DNA of 64,000 nt. Origin: Eledone cirrhosa (lineage: Eukaryota). Below the pieces are notes generated by a model. It was not told the DNA's origin and searched no databases. It worked only from the letters and a program-made list of their open reading frames with translations. Made by a program: the position numbers and the translations under genes. Shown piece by piece: positions 63,316-64,000 of the stretch. Where the stretch lies: contig OZ024763.1 in assembly GCA_964016885.1 (NCBI GenBank), forward strand, positions 8,990,001 through 9,054,000. Direction: 5' to 3'. Every line of letters starts with the position of its first letter. Position 1 is the stretch's first letter.

Positions 63316-64000
63316 TACATATATATATATCATCATGATCATCATCATCTTCATTTAACGTCCATCTTCCACGCTAGCATGGGTTAGACGGGAGTTGTCC
63401 CACTTGAGGCAAGGTTGGTCGGGTGACCGTGTCTCGCTCATATAGGACTATATATATATATATATATATACTGCCAATACTGGAATTGAATAATCAAGAC
63501 CGTAGCGGTATGTCATATATCAAATCATATATTTTGTCTCATGAAAACGTACTGAAAAAAACAGCCTAGTACCTTTGAAATATATATAATAAAGTATATA
63601 TTTTAATTATGCGAATATTTTTCATTTGTTAACATTCTGAATAATATATATAGCCGTCGAAGCGGCTTGAGCTCTGCCGTCAGGGTCATACTTTTTCCTA
63701 TGTATATATATATATAAAATGAAATGATGATATATATATTATATATACACTGCTGTAACTAACCCTACATAGATCGATAACGAAATATGTGTACAATATA
63801 TTATCACCTAGAAACGTTCGTAAAGCAGTGAAGTATATTTCTAATGACTTGATTTTTTATTTCATTGTTTTAACTTATATATATATATATATATATAATA
63901 TATAAGTACAAAGCGAAACCTACAGTCAGTAGGCACCTCTAACAAAAATACACCCCCGTCCCACTACCCCCACCCCATCCACACCACCCCTTTCAATGTA

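Overview
Eukaryotic, very AT-rich and repeat-dense genomic DNA. It has long (TA)n microsatellites, RTE, CR1-like, Tx1 and Penelope retroelements, mariner/hAT/piggyBac/Helitron-type elements and tRNA SINEs. The repeat landscape suggests a coleoid cephalopod such as an octopus, which is an inference. Most ORF-track entries are microsatellite or antisense artefacts. Three host genes can be read by hand. (1) The 3' part of a large + strand gene: 14 phase-consistent GT-AG exons over 969-24009, about 1,020 aa, 5' end outside the window. It encodes two tandem Hedgehog N-terminal-like (Hedge) domains followed by a bacterial-style peptidase M15A-like domain. All three domains appear to have lost their zinc ligands, and there is no Hint/Hog domain. 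(2) A two-exon 249-aa Cys/His-rich protein (43574-45610, +). (3) An intronless CARD protein (50970-52133, -) with an apparent degenerate caspase fold whose linker is ten tandem DNVD-A-type caspase-site repeats. The non-coding DNA holds at least five distinct families of type I hammerhead ribozymes, many in (TA)n-flanked palindromes, and one lies intact on the sense strand of a host intron. Several nested insertions have clear target-site duplications. Domain calls are by-eye motif alignments, not database results.
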